Source: Candidatus Eiseniibacteriota bacterium (GTDB lineage: Bacteria > Joyebacterota > Joyebacteria > Joyebacterales > Joyebacteraceae). From it: a DNA stretch of 63,157 nt. Both the position numbers and the translations under genes were made by a program. The stretch covers positions 1 to 63,157 of the forward strand of contig JAUWCJ010000003.1 in the NCBI GenBank assembly GCA_030609365.1, read 5' to 3'. The notes below the pieces were generated by a model, which did not search any database, was not told the origin of the DNA, and worked only from the letters and a program-made list of their open reading frames with translations. How positions within the stretch are numbered: position 1 is the first letter of the stretch; the number at the start of each line of letters is the position of its first letter. Positions 14,962 through 24,400 of this stretch are shown in pieces.

Positions 14962-17067
14962 TCAGCCCCTTGCATCCAGCCCCAGGCCAAATTGCGTCTG
15001 TCCTCGTTCCGGGCCACCGCTGAGCCTGACCGACAGACCCAGCCCAGCGGGCAACCCCGTCTTGAGGCGAATATACCACCTCGCTCCCGGCACATTCAAG
15101 GAGGCGAGCCCGAACTCGCCCGGGAGACGGGGCTCGTACTGGACGAACGAGGCCACGGCTCCCTGTGAGATCATCGATGTCAGGCCCGCCGTGTAGGAGC
15201 TTGTGCCCGCGATGCTGCCGTCTATCCTCAGGGCGACTGCCAGAGATGACCCCTCCTCCCATCCCTCAGAGAAAGATGTGACTCGCCACGCCGAGACCGT
15301 CACCGGCACGGACCCCTCCGTCCGCAGTGACACTCGCGTTCGGCGCACAATGCCCTCGCGGGTCACCGGCGGATCCCCCTCGCTGTCACTGCGCGCACGG
15401 ACCTTCGATTCCACCGCGATGCGCCAGTTCCGCTTCGTTCTGAGCTCGCCGCCGAGGGTCACTGCTATCGAGTTGTTGGGCAGCTCGGAGTGGTAGGAAC
15501 GCCACGGTCTCTTCGTCACGCGGCTTGCGGCCCAGATCTTCCAGTCGGCGCCGGAGCGGTACTCGGCGCCCACCCACCCGACGGCGCCGTTCGACCCACC
15601 GGAGAAGCCTGGGACACCTCCACCCAGCGGTGACCAGTAATCTCGGGACAGGTACGCCGCGCCGGCACTCACGCGGCAGCCTCCGTGCCGCAACCGGCCG
15701 GCGGCCAAGGCAGCGATGCCGCCCGCCGAGGTTGTCGCCACCTCGCACCCGGCGCTGAACCCGCCAATCGAGGTCCGAACATCGAAGCCGCCCGCCGTCA
15801 GCTCGTCGCCGAAGAACCTGAAGCGCTGCCTCACCGGGTCACCGGTCGCCAGCTCCGGTGAGAAGCCGAAGCGAAGCAGCGAGGCCGAGAGCTCCAGCCC
15901 GGGACTTCGTTCGATGCTGACGCGGACGCCCATGAGGGACTCATCCAGCGAGAGCGCGCCTTCCCTCTCTCCCTCGGTGCGATGGTACCCGGTCGTCCTT
16001 ATAGAGGTGGCCAGACCATCCTCCCCGATGGCCGCGTCCAACCCAGTTCTGGCGAGGATCGCTCTGACGCGGACCTCCCCTCGCGATGCGATAACGAACG
16101 CACCCCGCCTGCTCGTGGCCTCTCCGGCCCCGTCGTAACGCCTGACGGAATCGCGCCGGCGCGGGTAAGCGGCCTCCGACGGGAACCCTCCGCTCCGCAG
16201 TAGCAGTCCCTGGCCCCAGCTCCCGGTGAAGTCGCCGAGTCCGATGGAGAGCGCCGGCCCATCCCCGGGTGCGTCCTCATCTCCCCGCCACACGAGGGAG
16301 ACCGCCGAGTGATCAGCGAGGTTCTCCTCGCCAATGTCTTTCTCGCACGCCACCGAGAGATCGAGCAGGTCCGCGTACGACACTCGCAGCCGCACGTAGG
16401 ACGCGAAGCCGGTGGCGGCGTGACGTCCACCCCAGGCGTCCTCCCAGCGCTCCTGCGTAGCCGCGCGAAGACGCAGCTCCCAGGTGACAGGGAACCGTGA
16501 GTCGCCGCCCGGCGCGGGACCGGCCTCGCCGACGGCGGTAGCACCCTCCAACCGCGCCGTCGCGACCGCGGATTCAGGGATCGCTCCCGGCCGCCGGGAC
16601 GCGCCTCCGGTCGTCAGCCGCGCGACAAGATATGGCCGCACCGCCACGAAGGTCTCACGGCTGAGACACCCCCGCGTCACCAGTTCGTCCAGGGACTCTG
16701 CCGGGCCAAGAGCATCGCGCCGCACTACGATGCGCACGGCCGATGCAGGATCGAGAAACGGCACACGCAGAAGTTCCGTGAGCGCGGCGGTGTTGACGTC
16801 CGTGGGGTTCTCTCTGAAGGCCGCGGCCTCGCGCAGGAGCTCGTCCAACCCATCGACGGCGGCGCTCTCGTCATCAAGCCCCGCGAGCAGCTCCCGGAGA
16901 AAGGGACCGTCCAGATCCGAAAGAGCTTCGCTGACGGTCGAGTCGTCCGCCGCGAGATCGTCGAACCCCGAGGTAACGTCGTCAGCTCGGGAGTGTGTGG
17001 GGAGAGCTGCCACGAGGACTGCGAACAGGAGAACCGCGATGTCACAACTGCATAGTAAGCGACACAA
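14962..17067 (-). CDS. Outer-membrane beta-barrel protein with an N-terminal ComEA-like helix-hairpin-helix domain.
   Basis: TTG start at 17067 (GGGAGTGAG upstream) and signal peptide MCRLLCSCDIAVLLFAVLVAALPTHSRA|DD. DVNTAALTELLRVPFLDPASAVRIVVRRDALGPAESLDELVTRGCLSRETFVAVRPYLV matches the ComEA HhH pattern with a degenerate GIG. The remaining ~550 aa are alternating Gly/Arg/aromatic beta-strand-like sequence. Confidence 0.6.
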   Translation of the reverse strand: MCRLLCSCDIAVLLFAVLVAALPTHSRADDVTSGFDDLAADDSTVSEALSDLDGPFLRELLAGLDDESAAVDGLDELLREAAAFRENPTDVNTAALTELLRVPFLDPASAVRIVVRRDALGPAESLDELVTRGCLSRETFVAVRPYLVARLTTGGASRRPGAIPESAVATARLEGATAVGEAGPAPGGDSRFPVTWELRLRAATQERWEDAWGGRHAATGFASYVRLRVSYADLLDLSVACEKDIGEENLADHSAVSLVWRGDEDAPGDGPALSIGLGDFTGSWGQGLLLRSGGFPSEAAYPRRRDSVRRYDGAGEATSRRGAFVIASRGEVRVRAILARTGLDAAIGEDGLATSIRTTGYHRTEGEREGALSLDESLMGVRVSIERSPGLELSASLLRFGFSPELATGDPVRQRFRFFGDELTAGGFDVRTSIGGFSAGCEVATTSAGGIAALAAGRLRHGGCRVSAGAAYLSRDYWSPLGGGVPGFSGGSNGAVGWVGAEYRSGADWKIWAASRVTKRPWRSYHSELPNNSIAVTLGGELRTKRNWRIAVESKVRARSDSEGDPPVTREGIVRRTRVSLRTEGSVPVTVSAWRVTSFSEGWEEGSSLAVALRIDGSIAGTSSYTAGLTSMISQGAVASFVQYEPRLPGEFGLASLNVPGARWYIRLKTGLPAGLGLSVRLSGGPERGQTQFGLGLDARG

Positions 17068-17914
17068 ATGAACTCACTCCCAGCTCGGGGTGCCATTGCC
17101 ACGCGAGATCGATGAGAGGCCAAGGCCGTACGCCGGGGCGGCCGACACCTATCCCGAAACCGAGCTTCCCTGGCGCGTCCCTGGCGCCCGCCCTGACACG
17201 GAGCCAGTCCGTCAACGCGGCCTCGAAACCCAGTGCCGCCGATGCAGCGAACGACTCCTCGAACGAGAGCGTCCACCGGAGCGTCACTGAGGGCAGCAGC
17301 AAGGCCGCCCCGAACCGGGCCCGCGCGGCCACCGGCGAACCTCCGATCCGCGAGCGCGTCAGGTTCTCGCACCCGGCGCCCAGGAAGACCCGACCGATCA
17401 GGCGCCTCGTCACACTCGCATCCACGGCCGCCGCCCAGCGGTCGTCAACGCCTCGCGCCCCGAGGCCGAGGACCCTCGCCCGCGCGACCAGGCGGAGATC
17501 GGGGTCCGGGTCCAACCCGACCTCCAGACCAAGCGAACGCTCCTGATAGAGCTCTCCCCCCAGAGTGGCCAGCTCGACGCCGACGGCCACACCGCGGAAC
17601 TTGGCAGCGGCGTGCACGCCCCAACCCGCCGCCTCACGAACACCGTAGAGCTCGCCGGCCGATACCGTGACGCTGGACCCGGCGTCCGGGGGTGGGAAGA
17701 GGTCCGCGCCGCGCACGAGCATTCCCGCCAAACGGGCGTCCGGCCACGAGATATCGAACGCCGCCGGCGCGGGACTCGCGCACAGCAGAACAGCAAGGAA
17801 CTGGACCGCGCAGAGGCACGCTGCAGAACGCCGGGCCCGCCCCGCGCAGAGGCACGCTGCAGAACGCCGGGCCGATCTCACGCCTTCGGAGGCCGCGCTA
17901 GCGGAAGTCTTCAT
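17042..17914 (-). CDS. Small outer-membrane beta-barrel protein, possibly PorP/SprF-like and cognate to the upstream type-B-CTD cargo.
   Basis: ORF 17042..18052 trimmed to the ATG at 17914 (TAGGAG upstream, 9 nt after the LTD gene stop). It has a long Arg-rich n-region, then AVQFLAVLLCASPAPAA|FD. The body has alternating beta-strand character and ends ..GVSSFVSLTMQL. Confidence 0.5.
   Translation of the reverse strand: MKTSASAASEGVRSARRSAACLCAGRARRSAACLCAVQFLAVLLCASPAPAAFDISWPDARLAGMLVRGADLFPPPDAGSSVTVSAGELYGVREAAGWGVHAAAKFRGVAVGVELATLGGELYQERSLGLEVGLDPDPDLRLVARARVLGLGARGVDDRWAAAVDASVTRRLIGRVFLGAGCENLTRSRIGGSPVAARARFGAALLLPSVTLRWTLSFEESFAASAALGFEAALTDWLRVRAGARDAPGKLGFGIGVGRPGVRPWPLIDLAWQWHPELGVSSFVSLTMQL
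17806..17873 (-). repeat. Tandem duplication with a 36-bp period (32 nt identical) inside the signal-peptide n-region of the 17042..17914 gene.
   Basis: CCGCGCAGAGGCACGCTGCAGAACGCCGGGCC occurs at 17806 and again at 17842. It encodes RSAACLCAGRAR then RSAACLCAV. Confidence 0.85.
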
Positions 17915-17925
17915 CAAGAGCGCTC

Positions 17926-19599
17926 CTACCGGACGATCGCGACGGCCGTCTTCGCCGTGACGAAGAGACCGGCGCGTGCGTCTATTGCTTCCAGATAGAT
18001 GATGTAGAGCCCGGACGGAAGCGGCGCTCCGTCCGACCCCGCGCCGTCCCACAGAAACTCGCTCTCAGATGAGAGCGCCGTGTGGTCCGCGAGCACCGCC
18101 CTGACGCGTCCCTCCAGATCGAACACCGTCAGCCTCGCCGTCGCCCTCGCCACTGGCAGCTCCACGCGCACCACGGCGCGGTCGTCGGTCCCATCGCCAT
18201 TCGGCGTGAACGGGTTCGGCGCCACGGTCAGCCGGCCCGCGGTCGGCACGGCTCCGAGATGGATGCTGTTGACGCGTCCCGGCGTACTTCCCTCGGGAGC
18301 CACCGAGCTGCCCCAGTTCCCCGCGTCCTGAGGCGGCATGTCCGGCCGCACGCGCTCGAGCGACACGCCCCGCTCGCCACCCCAACCTCTCTCGTACGTG
18401 AGCCGGTCCATCGGGGTCCCGAACTCGTCCAGGAGCACCACGGTGTCGTCGGCCGAAAGCGCCTCCCAGCCGTCGGTCTCGACGACCGGGCACGACGCGA
18501 GCCCGTCCATCAACTCCGCATCTTTGGCGACCAGCAGAAACGCCCCGTCCGCCAGGAGAGCGAGCGACTCTGACCAGGCGATCCGGGCCTCATCCGCGTC
18601 GTCACCGAGCGCCCACCCTGAGAGTCCGACGGTGTCCCCGGAGACGTTGAGCAACTCCACCCACTCCGTCTCTCCCTCGTCGGGCGAGTGCATGACCTCG
18701 TTGAGCGCCACGAGCCCGCCCACCCCGCCGACCGTGAAGGACGTCGCCGCGGTGTTGTTGGAGAGCTCACAGTCCGGTGGGAACGTGAGGATCACGCTGC
18801 CGCGGTGATATCCGTCAGAGGGAGTTGTCCACCGGAGCAGGACCTCGACTGAATCCCGTGGCGCCAGGTCGTCAGAGAGCGTGGACGAGCCGACTGGAGT
18901 TCCTGACCCATCCTCGAAGAACTCCAGTGCGAGTTCCTGTCCGCCCGTCGCAAGGGCTCCGACGTTTCTGACGAGGCACGTGAGCTCCACTGGTTCCCCG
19001 TGACCGAAGACGACCCGACCGGGATGACGAACCGTGAGGCAGAGGTCGTGGGAGAGCGAGTTCCGCGCCCCGGGAGTCGGCGGTCCTGCAACGAAGTCGA
19101 GGGCGTTGTCGCCGTGGTCGAAGCAGTCGGGCGAGCGCGCGAGCGACAGGCCCGACGGCGCATCAACAGCCGGCTGGCCCTCGTAGTACTCTTGGAAGAG
19201 CGGCTCTCCCCATCCGACAACGTCGACCGGATCAGTGCCGTCGGTGAGTCGGACACCGTCCGGTCCGTTCTGAAGGTCCAGCGGTGTCGCGTAGTCGGGA
19301 GCGGGCAGAACGTCGACCTCCCCGATGAGGAATATCTGTCCCGGCTCGAGGTAGTCGAGGTCGCCCCCGATCCACTCGACGGTCCAGTCGCCGGGGTTCG
19401 CACCGTTTCCGGTCTCGAGCACCCAGCCGGTCAGGAGCACACCGTGCCGCCCGCAGTTCATGAGCTCCACGAACTCGAGACCGGTGTCGGGACCCTCAGG
19501 GTCGTACAGCACCTCGTTGATGACGACCTGCGCCGCGGCGGAGCTGGCGAACAGCGCGAACACGGCGGCCCACAGGACGCGAAGGCAGAGCTTGCGCAT
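17926..19599 (-). CDS. Secreted protein with two lamin-tail domains (LTD), a CARDB-like module and a T9SS type-B/FlgD-Ig-like C-terminal domain.
   Basis: Signal peptide MRKLCLRVLWAAVFALFASSAAA|Q. LTD signatures: VVINEVLYDPEGPDTGLEFVELMNCG and LVALNEVMHSPDEGETEWVELLNVSG. C-terminal domain: NPFTPNGDGTDDRAVVRV..LTVFDLEGRVRAVL..FLWDGAGSDGAPLPSGLYIIYLEA..AVAIVR. Confidence 0.75.
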   Translation of the reverse strand: MRKLCLRVLWAAVFALFASSAAAQVVINEVLYDPEGPDTGLEFVELMNCGRHGVLLTGWVLETGNGANPGDWTVEWIGGDLDYLEPGQIFLIGEVDVLPAPDYATPLDLQNGPDGVRLTDGTDPVDVVGWGEPLFQEYYEGQPAVDAPSGLSLARSPDCFDHGDNALDFVAGPPTPGARNSLSHDLCLTVRHPGRVVFGHGEPVELTCLVRNVGALATGGQELALEFFEDGSGTPVGSSTLSDDLAPRDSVEVLLRWTTPSDGYHRGSVILTFPPDCELSNNTAATSFTVGGVGGLVALNEVMHSPDEGETEWVELLNVSGDTVGLSGWALGDDADEARIAWSESLALLADGAFLLVAKDAELMDGLASCPVVETDGWEALSADDTVVLLDEFGTPMDRLTYERGWGGERGVSLERVRPDMPPQDAGNWGSSVAPEGSTPGRVNSIHLGAVPTAGRLTVAPNPFTPNGDGTDDRAVVRVELPVARATARLTVFDLEGRVRAVLADHTALSSESEFLWDGAGSDGAPLPSGLYIIYLEAIDARAGLFVTAKTAVAIVR

Positions 19600-19715
19600 T
19601 CGGATGGTTCCCTCAGGGGGAGTCGGGATGTGATGGATGTGCTGTCAGGGGATGATTCGTGAGATGCCGGAAACAGGGCAACCGGGCGCGGAACCCGCAC
19701 CGGACACAGCGGCTG

Positions 19716-21884
19716 CTACGGCAGCCCCTGCTTCCTTCTCAACGCCCACTCGGCAGACATCAGTCCGACGAAGCCGAGGAGCAGCCACGGTGAGTTCCAC
19801 AGTTCGAACTCGCTCTTGGTCGTACGCTCTGTCCACGCCATCGGGACGTCCTCGGGGAAACCGTCAAGCGTCTCCGGCGTGTAGTAGCCACCTCCGGTCT
19901 CGTCGGCGATCCTCCGCAGGAGTGCGGACCGACGCCTGGTCTCTGCGTCCTCCAGGCTGAACCGCTCGACGATGAACTCGCCCGCCGCCGTGCCCACCTC
20001 CTCCCCGCCCAGGGACGCGGTCGCCCGCAGAACATAGGGCCCGGGGGGGAGGTTCCGGACGGAGCCTCTATAATAGTCTCCCACGGCCTCGAGGTCGATC
20101 GTGGCAACGGGCGCGGCGCCCTCGCCGCTCGCGATGGCCACACTTACCTCCGCGTCGCTCGCGAGGCGATAGTCGCTCCCGTAGACCTGCGCCGAGAACC
20201 CAATGTCCTCTCCCGCCTGGTAGACGTCCTTGTCGGGCGTCACCACGACGCGCTCCAGCTCTCCGCGCGCCGTCAGCCACCTGGCGGCGTTCGTCACGAA
20301 CCTGTCGTAGACATCGACCTCTCCGTCGCCCATCATCTTCCAGCGCCAGATACCGTCGGCCAGTATCGCCATGACGCCTCCGGTCCCGGTCCGCACGCCC
20401 GCGACGATCGGAACCGCGCTGCCCTCGGGCCCGTGGCCCTCCACGAGAACACTGGCATCGGCGCGGACCGACCACGGAGATGAGGTGAACGTGCGAACGG
20501 GAGGCAGCGCCTTCCACACGTCAACGTTCACAAATCTGTCCTCTGCGACGCGCGTCGCGGGCGCCGACTCGCCCTCTTCAGTCAGACGGACACGCACCTC
20601 CCGGAAGCTCGAGGGCAGGTCGGCGTCAAAGACGAACGGCAGAATGGCAGCGACGTCGTCCGGAGGACGTTCACGGGGAATACCGGCGAACAGCAGCCCT
20701 CCGCCCCTGTCCCGTGCGAACGCTCGGAGCCACTCCGGGGACACCAGCGGGTCGGACCAGTCCGGCTCGAACAGAACCACGAGGTCGTACTCGAAGAGTT
20801 CCGCCCTGGACGCCGGCGGCGACCCTTCGACGGCGGATATGGGAGAACCACTTCTTCTCATGACCGACTCGACATCGACGTTGCGGTCGGTCGCGAGCTC
20901 TCGGCCGAGGAAGGCGAAGTCCCACGAGGGGCGTCCCGCCAGCAGGAGCACCCGGATCTTGCCCTTCATCGCGGTGGTGACGACCACACGTGAGTTGTTC
21001 GCCGTCGACAGCTCGCCGGCGGCCGGCGGCACGGACACCGAGTAGCGGTGCACGCCCGGCGTCGGTGGTGTCACGCGGAACGTCACGCGCACTTCCTCTC
21101 CAGTGCCGGAGAGGTCTATCTGCTTCGAATCGAGCGTCGTTCCTCCTTCGGAGAGTTCGACGACGGTCTCCGCACCCGCAAAGCCGGCGCTCGAGACAGT
21201 GACCTCGATAGGCACACTCTCCCCGGCATACGAGATGCGATTCGTCACGGCGTCCTCGATGCCGATGTCGGTTCCCGCCTCCGGGCTGCCGACACCGAGC
21301 ACGAACACGGGGACACCCAGAGCGCGGGCGGCTTCGTAGGGACCTGCGCCGCGGTTGTCAGCGCCGTCTGTTGCGATGACCACGGACCCCAGGTTCCGGC
21401 TCGCGAGCAGATCGCCCAGCGCCTCGAGACCATGAGCGATGTCCGTCACGCCGCCGTCGAAGGCCGGCGGGCGTGTGAGAACGCCCCGATCGACGTCCAG
21501 CTCGCGCGACCCGGAGGAAAAGGCGAGCGCCACCAACTCGGCGTCGCGCGCCATACGGGGGAGCATCAGCTCGTTCAGGAGAGACACGGCCTCGTCGCCG
21601 CGTCGGACGCCCCCCGTCCCGTCGCTGACGGCCATGCTCCTGGACGCATCCAGCAGCAGCCCGACGACGGGCCGGTCGGTGACCGTTCTCGAGAACGCAA
21701 GAACAGGTTCGAGCAGGACCACACAGAGCAGCACCAGCCCCGCCGATCTGAGGGTTATCAAAAGGGGTCTGAAACGTCCGGCGGCAGGCGGTACTCTGCG
21801 GTAGAACCAGACGACCGAAGCGACGGCCACCGCGCCGAGCACCAGGAAGACCCACGCGTGTGTCTGATTGAACAGAATGGTCAC
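19716..21884 (-). CDS. Membrane-anchored VWA-domain protein (BatA-like N-terminal double-TM family) with a C-terminal TM anchor.
   Basis: The N-terminus HAWVFLVLGAVAVASVVWFYRR..LLITLRSAGLVLLCVVLLEP has two TM helices. LLLDASRSMAV..VVIATDGADN is a VWA/MIDAS-like pattern. The C-terminus is PWLLLGFVGLMSAEWALRRKQGLP. Its ATG overlaps the stop of the debranching-enzyme gene (21881..21884). Confidence 0.65.
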   Translation of the reverse strand: MTILFNQTHAWVFLVLGAVAVASVVWFYRRVPPAAGRFRPLLITLRSAGLVLLCVVLLEPVLAFSRTVTDRPVVGLLLDASRSMAVSDGTGGVRRGDEAVSLLNELMLPRMARDAELVALAFSSGSRELDVDRGVLTRPPAFDGGVTDIAHGLEALGDLLASRNLGSVVIATDGADNRGAGPYEAARALGVPVFVLGVGSPEAGTDIGIEDAVTNRISYAGESVPIEVTVSSAGFAGAETVVELSEGGTTLDSKQIDLSGTGEEVRVTFRVTPPTPGVHRYSVSVPPAAGELSTANNSRVVVTTAMKGKIRVLLLAGRPSWDFAFLGRELATDRNVDVESVMRRSGSPISAVEGSPPASRAELFEYDLVVLFEPDWSDPLVSPEWLRAFARDRGGGLLFAGIPRERPPDDVAAILPFVFDADLPSSFREVRVRLTEEGESAPATRVAEDRFVNVDVWKALPPVRTFTSSPWSVRADASVLVEGHGPEGSAVPIVAGVRTGTGGVMAILADGIWRWKMMGDGEVDVYDRFVTNAARWLTARGELERVVVTPDKDVYQAGEDIGFSAQVYGSDYRLASDAEVSVAIASGEGAAPVATIDLEAVGDYYRGSVRNLPPGPYVLRATASLGGEEVGTAAGEFIVERFSLEDAETRRRSALLRRIADETGGGYYTPETLDGFPEDVPMAWTERTTKSEFELWNSPWLLLGFVGLMSAEWALRRKQGLP

Positions 21885-24331
21885 GGTAACTCACCCGCGC
21901 ACACGGAACCGTCGTCCGGATCGGTCAGTCTCGTCTCCCACTTCCCGGCGCGCTTCTCGACGGTGAACCTGACCCGGCCACCTGGTTTCAGGACTGCCTC
22001 GATGGTCTCTCCGTCTTCCTGGACGTCGGCCCCGGGGGGAACGCGGGGAGTGAACCGAACAGTAAGAGGTGGCGCATCGCCGTCAGCGACGACCCTCGTG
22101 CAGGCTCGCCCGCTTTCAGCGTCCGTGCGATGCAGCACGAAGATGGTCCCGTCGCCCACCCGGGCGGGGGCGGCCAGCCAGCTGCAGGATGGCGGGAGGG
22201 TGGGCCTGATATCGACCGTGCCCTCCAGGACGTTGGGGCGCACGCCAAGATAGTCCTGATAGAAATTTCTGAGGAACTCGGAGAGGCTCCATGCCTGCGA
22301 CACGGCGCCGGCCACGTTCTCTCCGTGCTCCGGGGGCACGCCGTTTCGAAGCTCGGGGAGCGTGCCGGCCGCGCCCTCGTCGAACACGAGATCCGTCAGC
22401 ATGGTCGTCTGTTCCCATGCAGCGGCGACCAGTCCGTGCTTCACCATCGCGGACACGACAGGTCCGCTCAGCCACACCCACACGTCGCCGTTGTGATAGG
22501 CCTCGTCGAAGTGATACCGCTCCAGGTTAAGGTGGCACGGGTGGAAGTTGGGGTCCTCCGTGTGCAGGGACGTGACACCGTGTCTCAGCACACAGGTCTC
22601 CCGGACGAGTTCGAGCATTGCCCTTTCGTTCTCGCGCGGAAGCAGGTCGTTCCACGGCACGGTTGCTGCGAATACCTGGTTGGGTCGGATCTGCCGGTCG
22701 GGCGTGCCGTCCGGGTCGAGGTGGTCGAAAAGGCCACCCGTATCCAGATCTGAAAACTCGCGAGCGAACGCGTCTCCGAGGCGCCCGGCGACCTCACGCC
22801 ACTTTGTGGCCGGCTCCTCCCTGCCCAGTGCGTCCGCAATGGCCGCTCCGGAAAGAAGAGCCGTGTGCCACAAGACCTCTACTTCGACCGCCCGGTTGCC
22901 GCGAGGCGAGAACGGATTCTCTTCCCCGCCGGCGTCCATCCAGGTCTCCGCCTGGCCGTGGAGCAGGAACCCTGCGTCATCCGTCCGAAGCGAAAGCGCG
23001 CCGTCGATTGCCCGCTCTATAACAGGAAAGAAACGCTCCGCGAAATCCAGATCGCCGGTGTACCTGAGGTACTCGTACGCCTCGCGGACGAACCACCATG
23101 TCCCGTCGGCCGTGTTGTAGTAGACCTCTCCGGGCATTGCGAGATTGGGAATGCGCCCGAACAACAGACTGCTCTCGTCCGCTTCCTGGAACGCGGCGAA
23201 AGACTCCAGTATCTCTCTGGCGGTGTCGAACTCACCGCGCACGAGACACGCTCCGGGAAGGGCGATGAACGTGTCTCGCCCCCAGTAGTTCGGGAACCAG
23301 TGCAGTCCAGCGAAGATGCCGCGGCCGAGCTGGTTCATGATGAGCGCGTCCACCGACGCCGCGGCCCACTGAAGCGCCAGCCGGTAGTCGTTGTCGTGCG
23401 CGGCGATGCCGACACGGTCAAGGAGGTCGGCCGTCCTCCTCATCTTGTCGTCGTAGAGCGTGAACTCGTCCAGAAGACCTCTGAGCGCCAGCTCCGTGGC
23501 CTCGGCTAGCGTGTCCCCAATGGCCACGCAGAAGGTGACGCTCCCGGCGAAGCCCCCGTCGCTCTCGAACGCGAACTCGAGGCGCCCCGGCGAATAGGGG
23601 ATCGCGGAAGCCATGGCCCTTCGCGCCGCGTCCTTGGTGTAGGTGGTCTTCTTGTACGCCTCTCGAGGGACGAACTCCGCCGGGCGATCGCACGCGACGG
23701 CGATCCATACGGGGTAGTTCCGCTCCTCGGTCCGCTCGAGATGATCGGTCCGTCTCAGGGCGAGCACGCGCCTGTCATCGTCCCAGCGGGTCTCGTACTC
23801 GGGCTGGCCCTCTTCCCAGATGCTCCTGATATCGATCCTGGGCTCGAAGGCCGCGCGCCCGGAGTGGTTGGTGTTGTAAGACACCAGGAGGATGTTCTCC
23901 CGGTCCGCCAGGAAGACGGTCTCTGTCGTCTGTTCGATGACGTACTCGCGCGTGACGCTCTGGGGCAGAACGCAGGCACTCTTCAGGCCCCAGGAAGAGA
24001 GCGGCACGTCGCCCAGCACAAGGTCCCAACCCTCCAGGTACTTGTGAAGCTCGACGATGAGGCCCTCATAGCTCCTCGTGTTCGTCGTGCCCGTCTCGCC
24101 GGCGAAGTATCCCTTTTCTTTGTTGGTCAGGATGTACTCGCGCGTCTCACGGGCGCCGACGACTATCTGCAGTCCCCGGCGGCATCCCTTCAGCGGAAGT
24201 TTCTCAGAACCTGATGTCTCCTTCGGATCTCTGATCGTGGCTTCTCCTGTGAAACGTCTGCAACTTCCCTGCCATGCCGGCCGTTGGCAGTGAGGCGGGC
24301 CTTCCGGCTCGGCGCCGATCTCGGGCGTCAA
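21881..24331 (-). CDS. Amylo-alpha-1,6-glucosidase / glycogen debranching enzyme family (GDE_C type), cytoplasmic.
   Basis: Motifs: GLHWFPNYWGRDTFIALPG, TADGTWWFV and YHNGDVWVWLSGP. I saw no signal peptide. The first in-frame start is the TTG at 24331, directly after a stop. There is no ATG for about 300 codons, so the true start is uncertain. Confidence 0.75.
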   Translation of the reverse strand: MTPEIGAEPEGPPHCQRPAWQGSCRRFTGEATIRDPKETSGSEKLPLKGCRRGLQIVVGARETREYILTNKEKGYFAGETGTTNTRSYEGLIVELHKYLEGWDLVLGDVPLSSWGLKSACVLPQSVTREYVIEQTTETVFLADRENILLVSYNTNHSGRAAFEPRIDIRSIWEEGQPEYETRWDDDRRVLALRRTDHLERTEERNYPVWIAVACDRPAEFVPREAYKKTTYTKDAARRAMASAIPYSPGRLEFAFESDGGFAGSVTFCVAIGDTLAEATELALRGLLDEFTLYDDKMRRTADLLDRVGIAAHDNDYRLALQWAAASVDALIMNQLGRGIFAGLHWFPNYWGRDTFIALPGACLVRGEFDTAREILESFAAFQEADESSLLFGRIPNLAMPGEVYYNTADGTWWFVREAYEYLRYTGDLDFAERFFPVIERAIDGALSLRTDDAGFLLHGQAETWMDAGGEENPFSPRGNRAVEVEVLWHTALLSGAAIADALGREEPATKWREVAGRLGDAFAREFSDLDTGGLFDHLDPDGTPDRQIRPNQVFAATVPWNDLLPRENERAMLELVRETCVLRHGVTSLHTEDPNFHPCHLNLERYHFDEAYHNGDVWVWLSGPVVSAMVKHGLVAAAWEQTTMLTDLVFDEGAAGTLPELRNGVPPEHGENVAGAVSQAWSLSEFLRNFYQDYLGVRPNVLEGTVDIRPTLPPSCSWLAAPARVGDGTIFVLHRTDAESGRACTRVVADGDAPPLTVRFTPRVPPGADVQEDGETIEAVLKPGGRVRFTVEKRAGKWETRLTDPDDGSVCAGELP

Positions 24332-24400
24332 TCACGTTGACGATGCTCGCCGCGCCGCGGGCCACCGGTGCTCCCGGAGTTGCTCCCGCCGCGACCCCAC

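Noticed and set aside
17806-17873. The tandem direct repeats here and at 26853..26911 as possible CRISPR or minisatellite arrays.
   Set aside because: There are only about 2 to 2.4 adjacent units with no spacers. They are in frame inside coding sequence (signal-peptide n-regions), and no cas genes are present.
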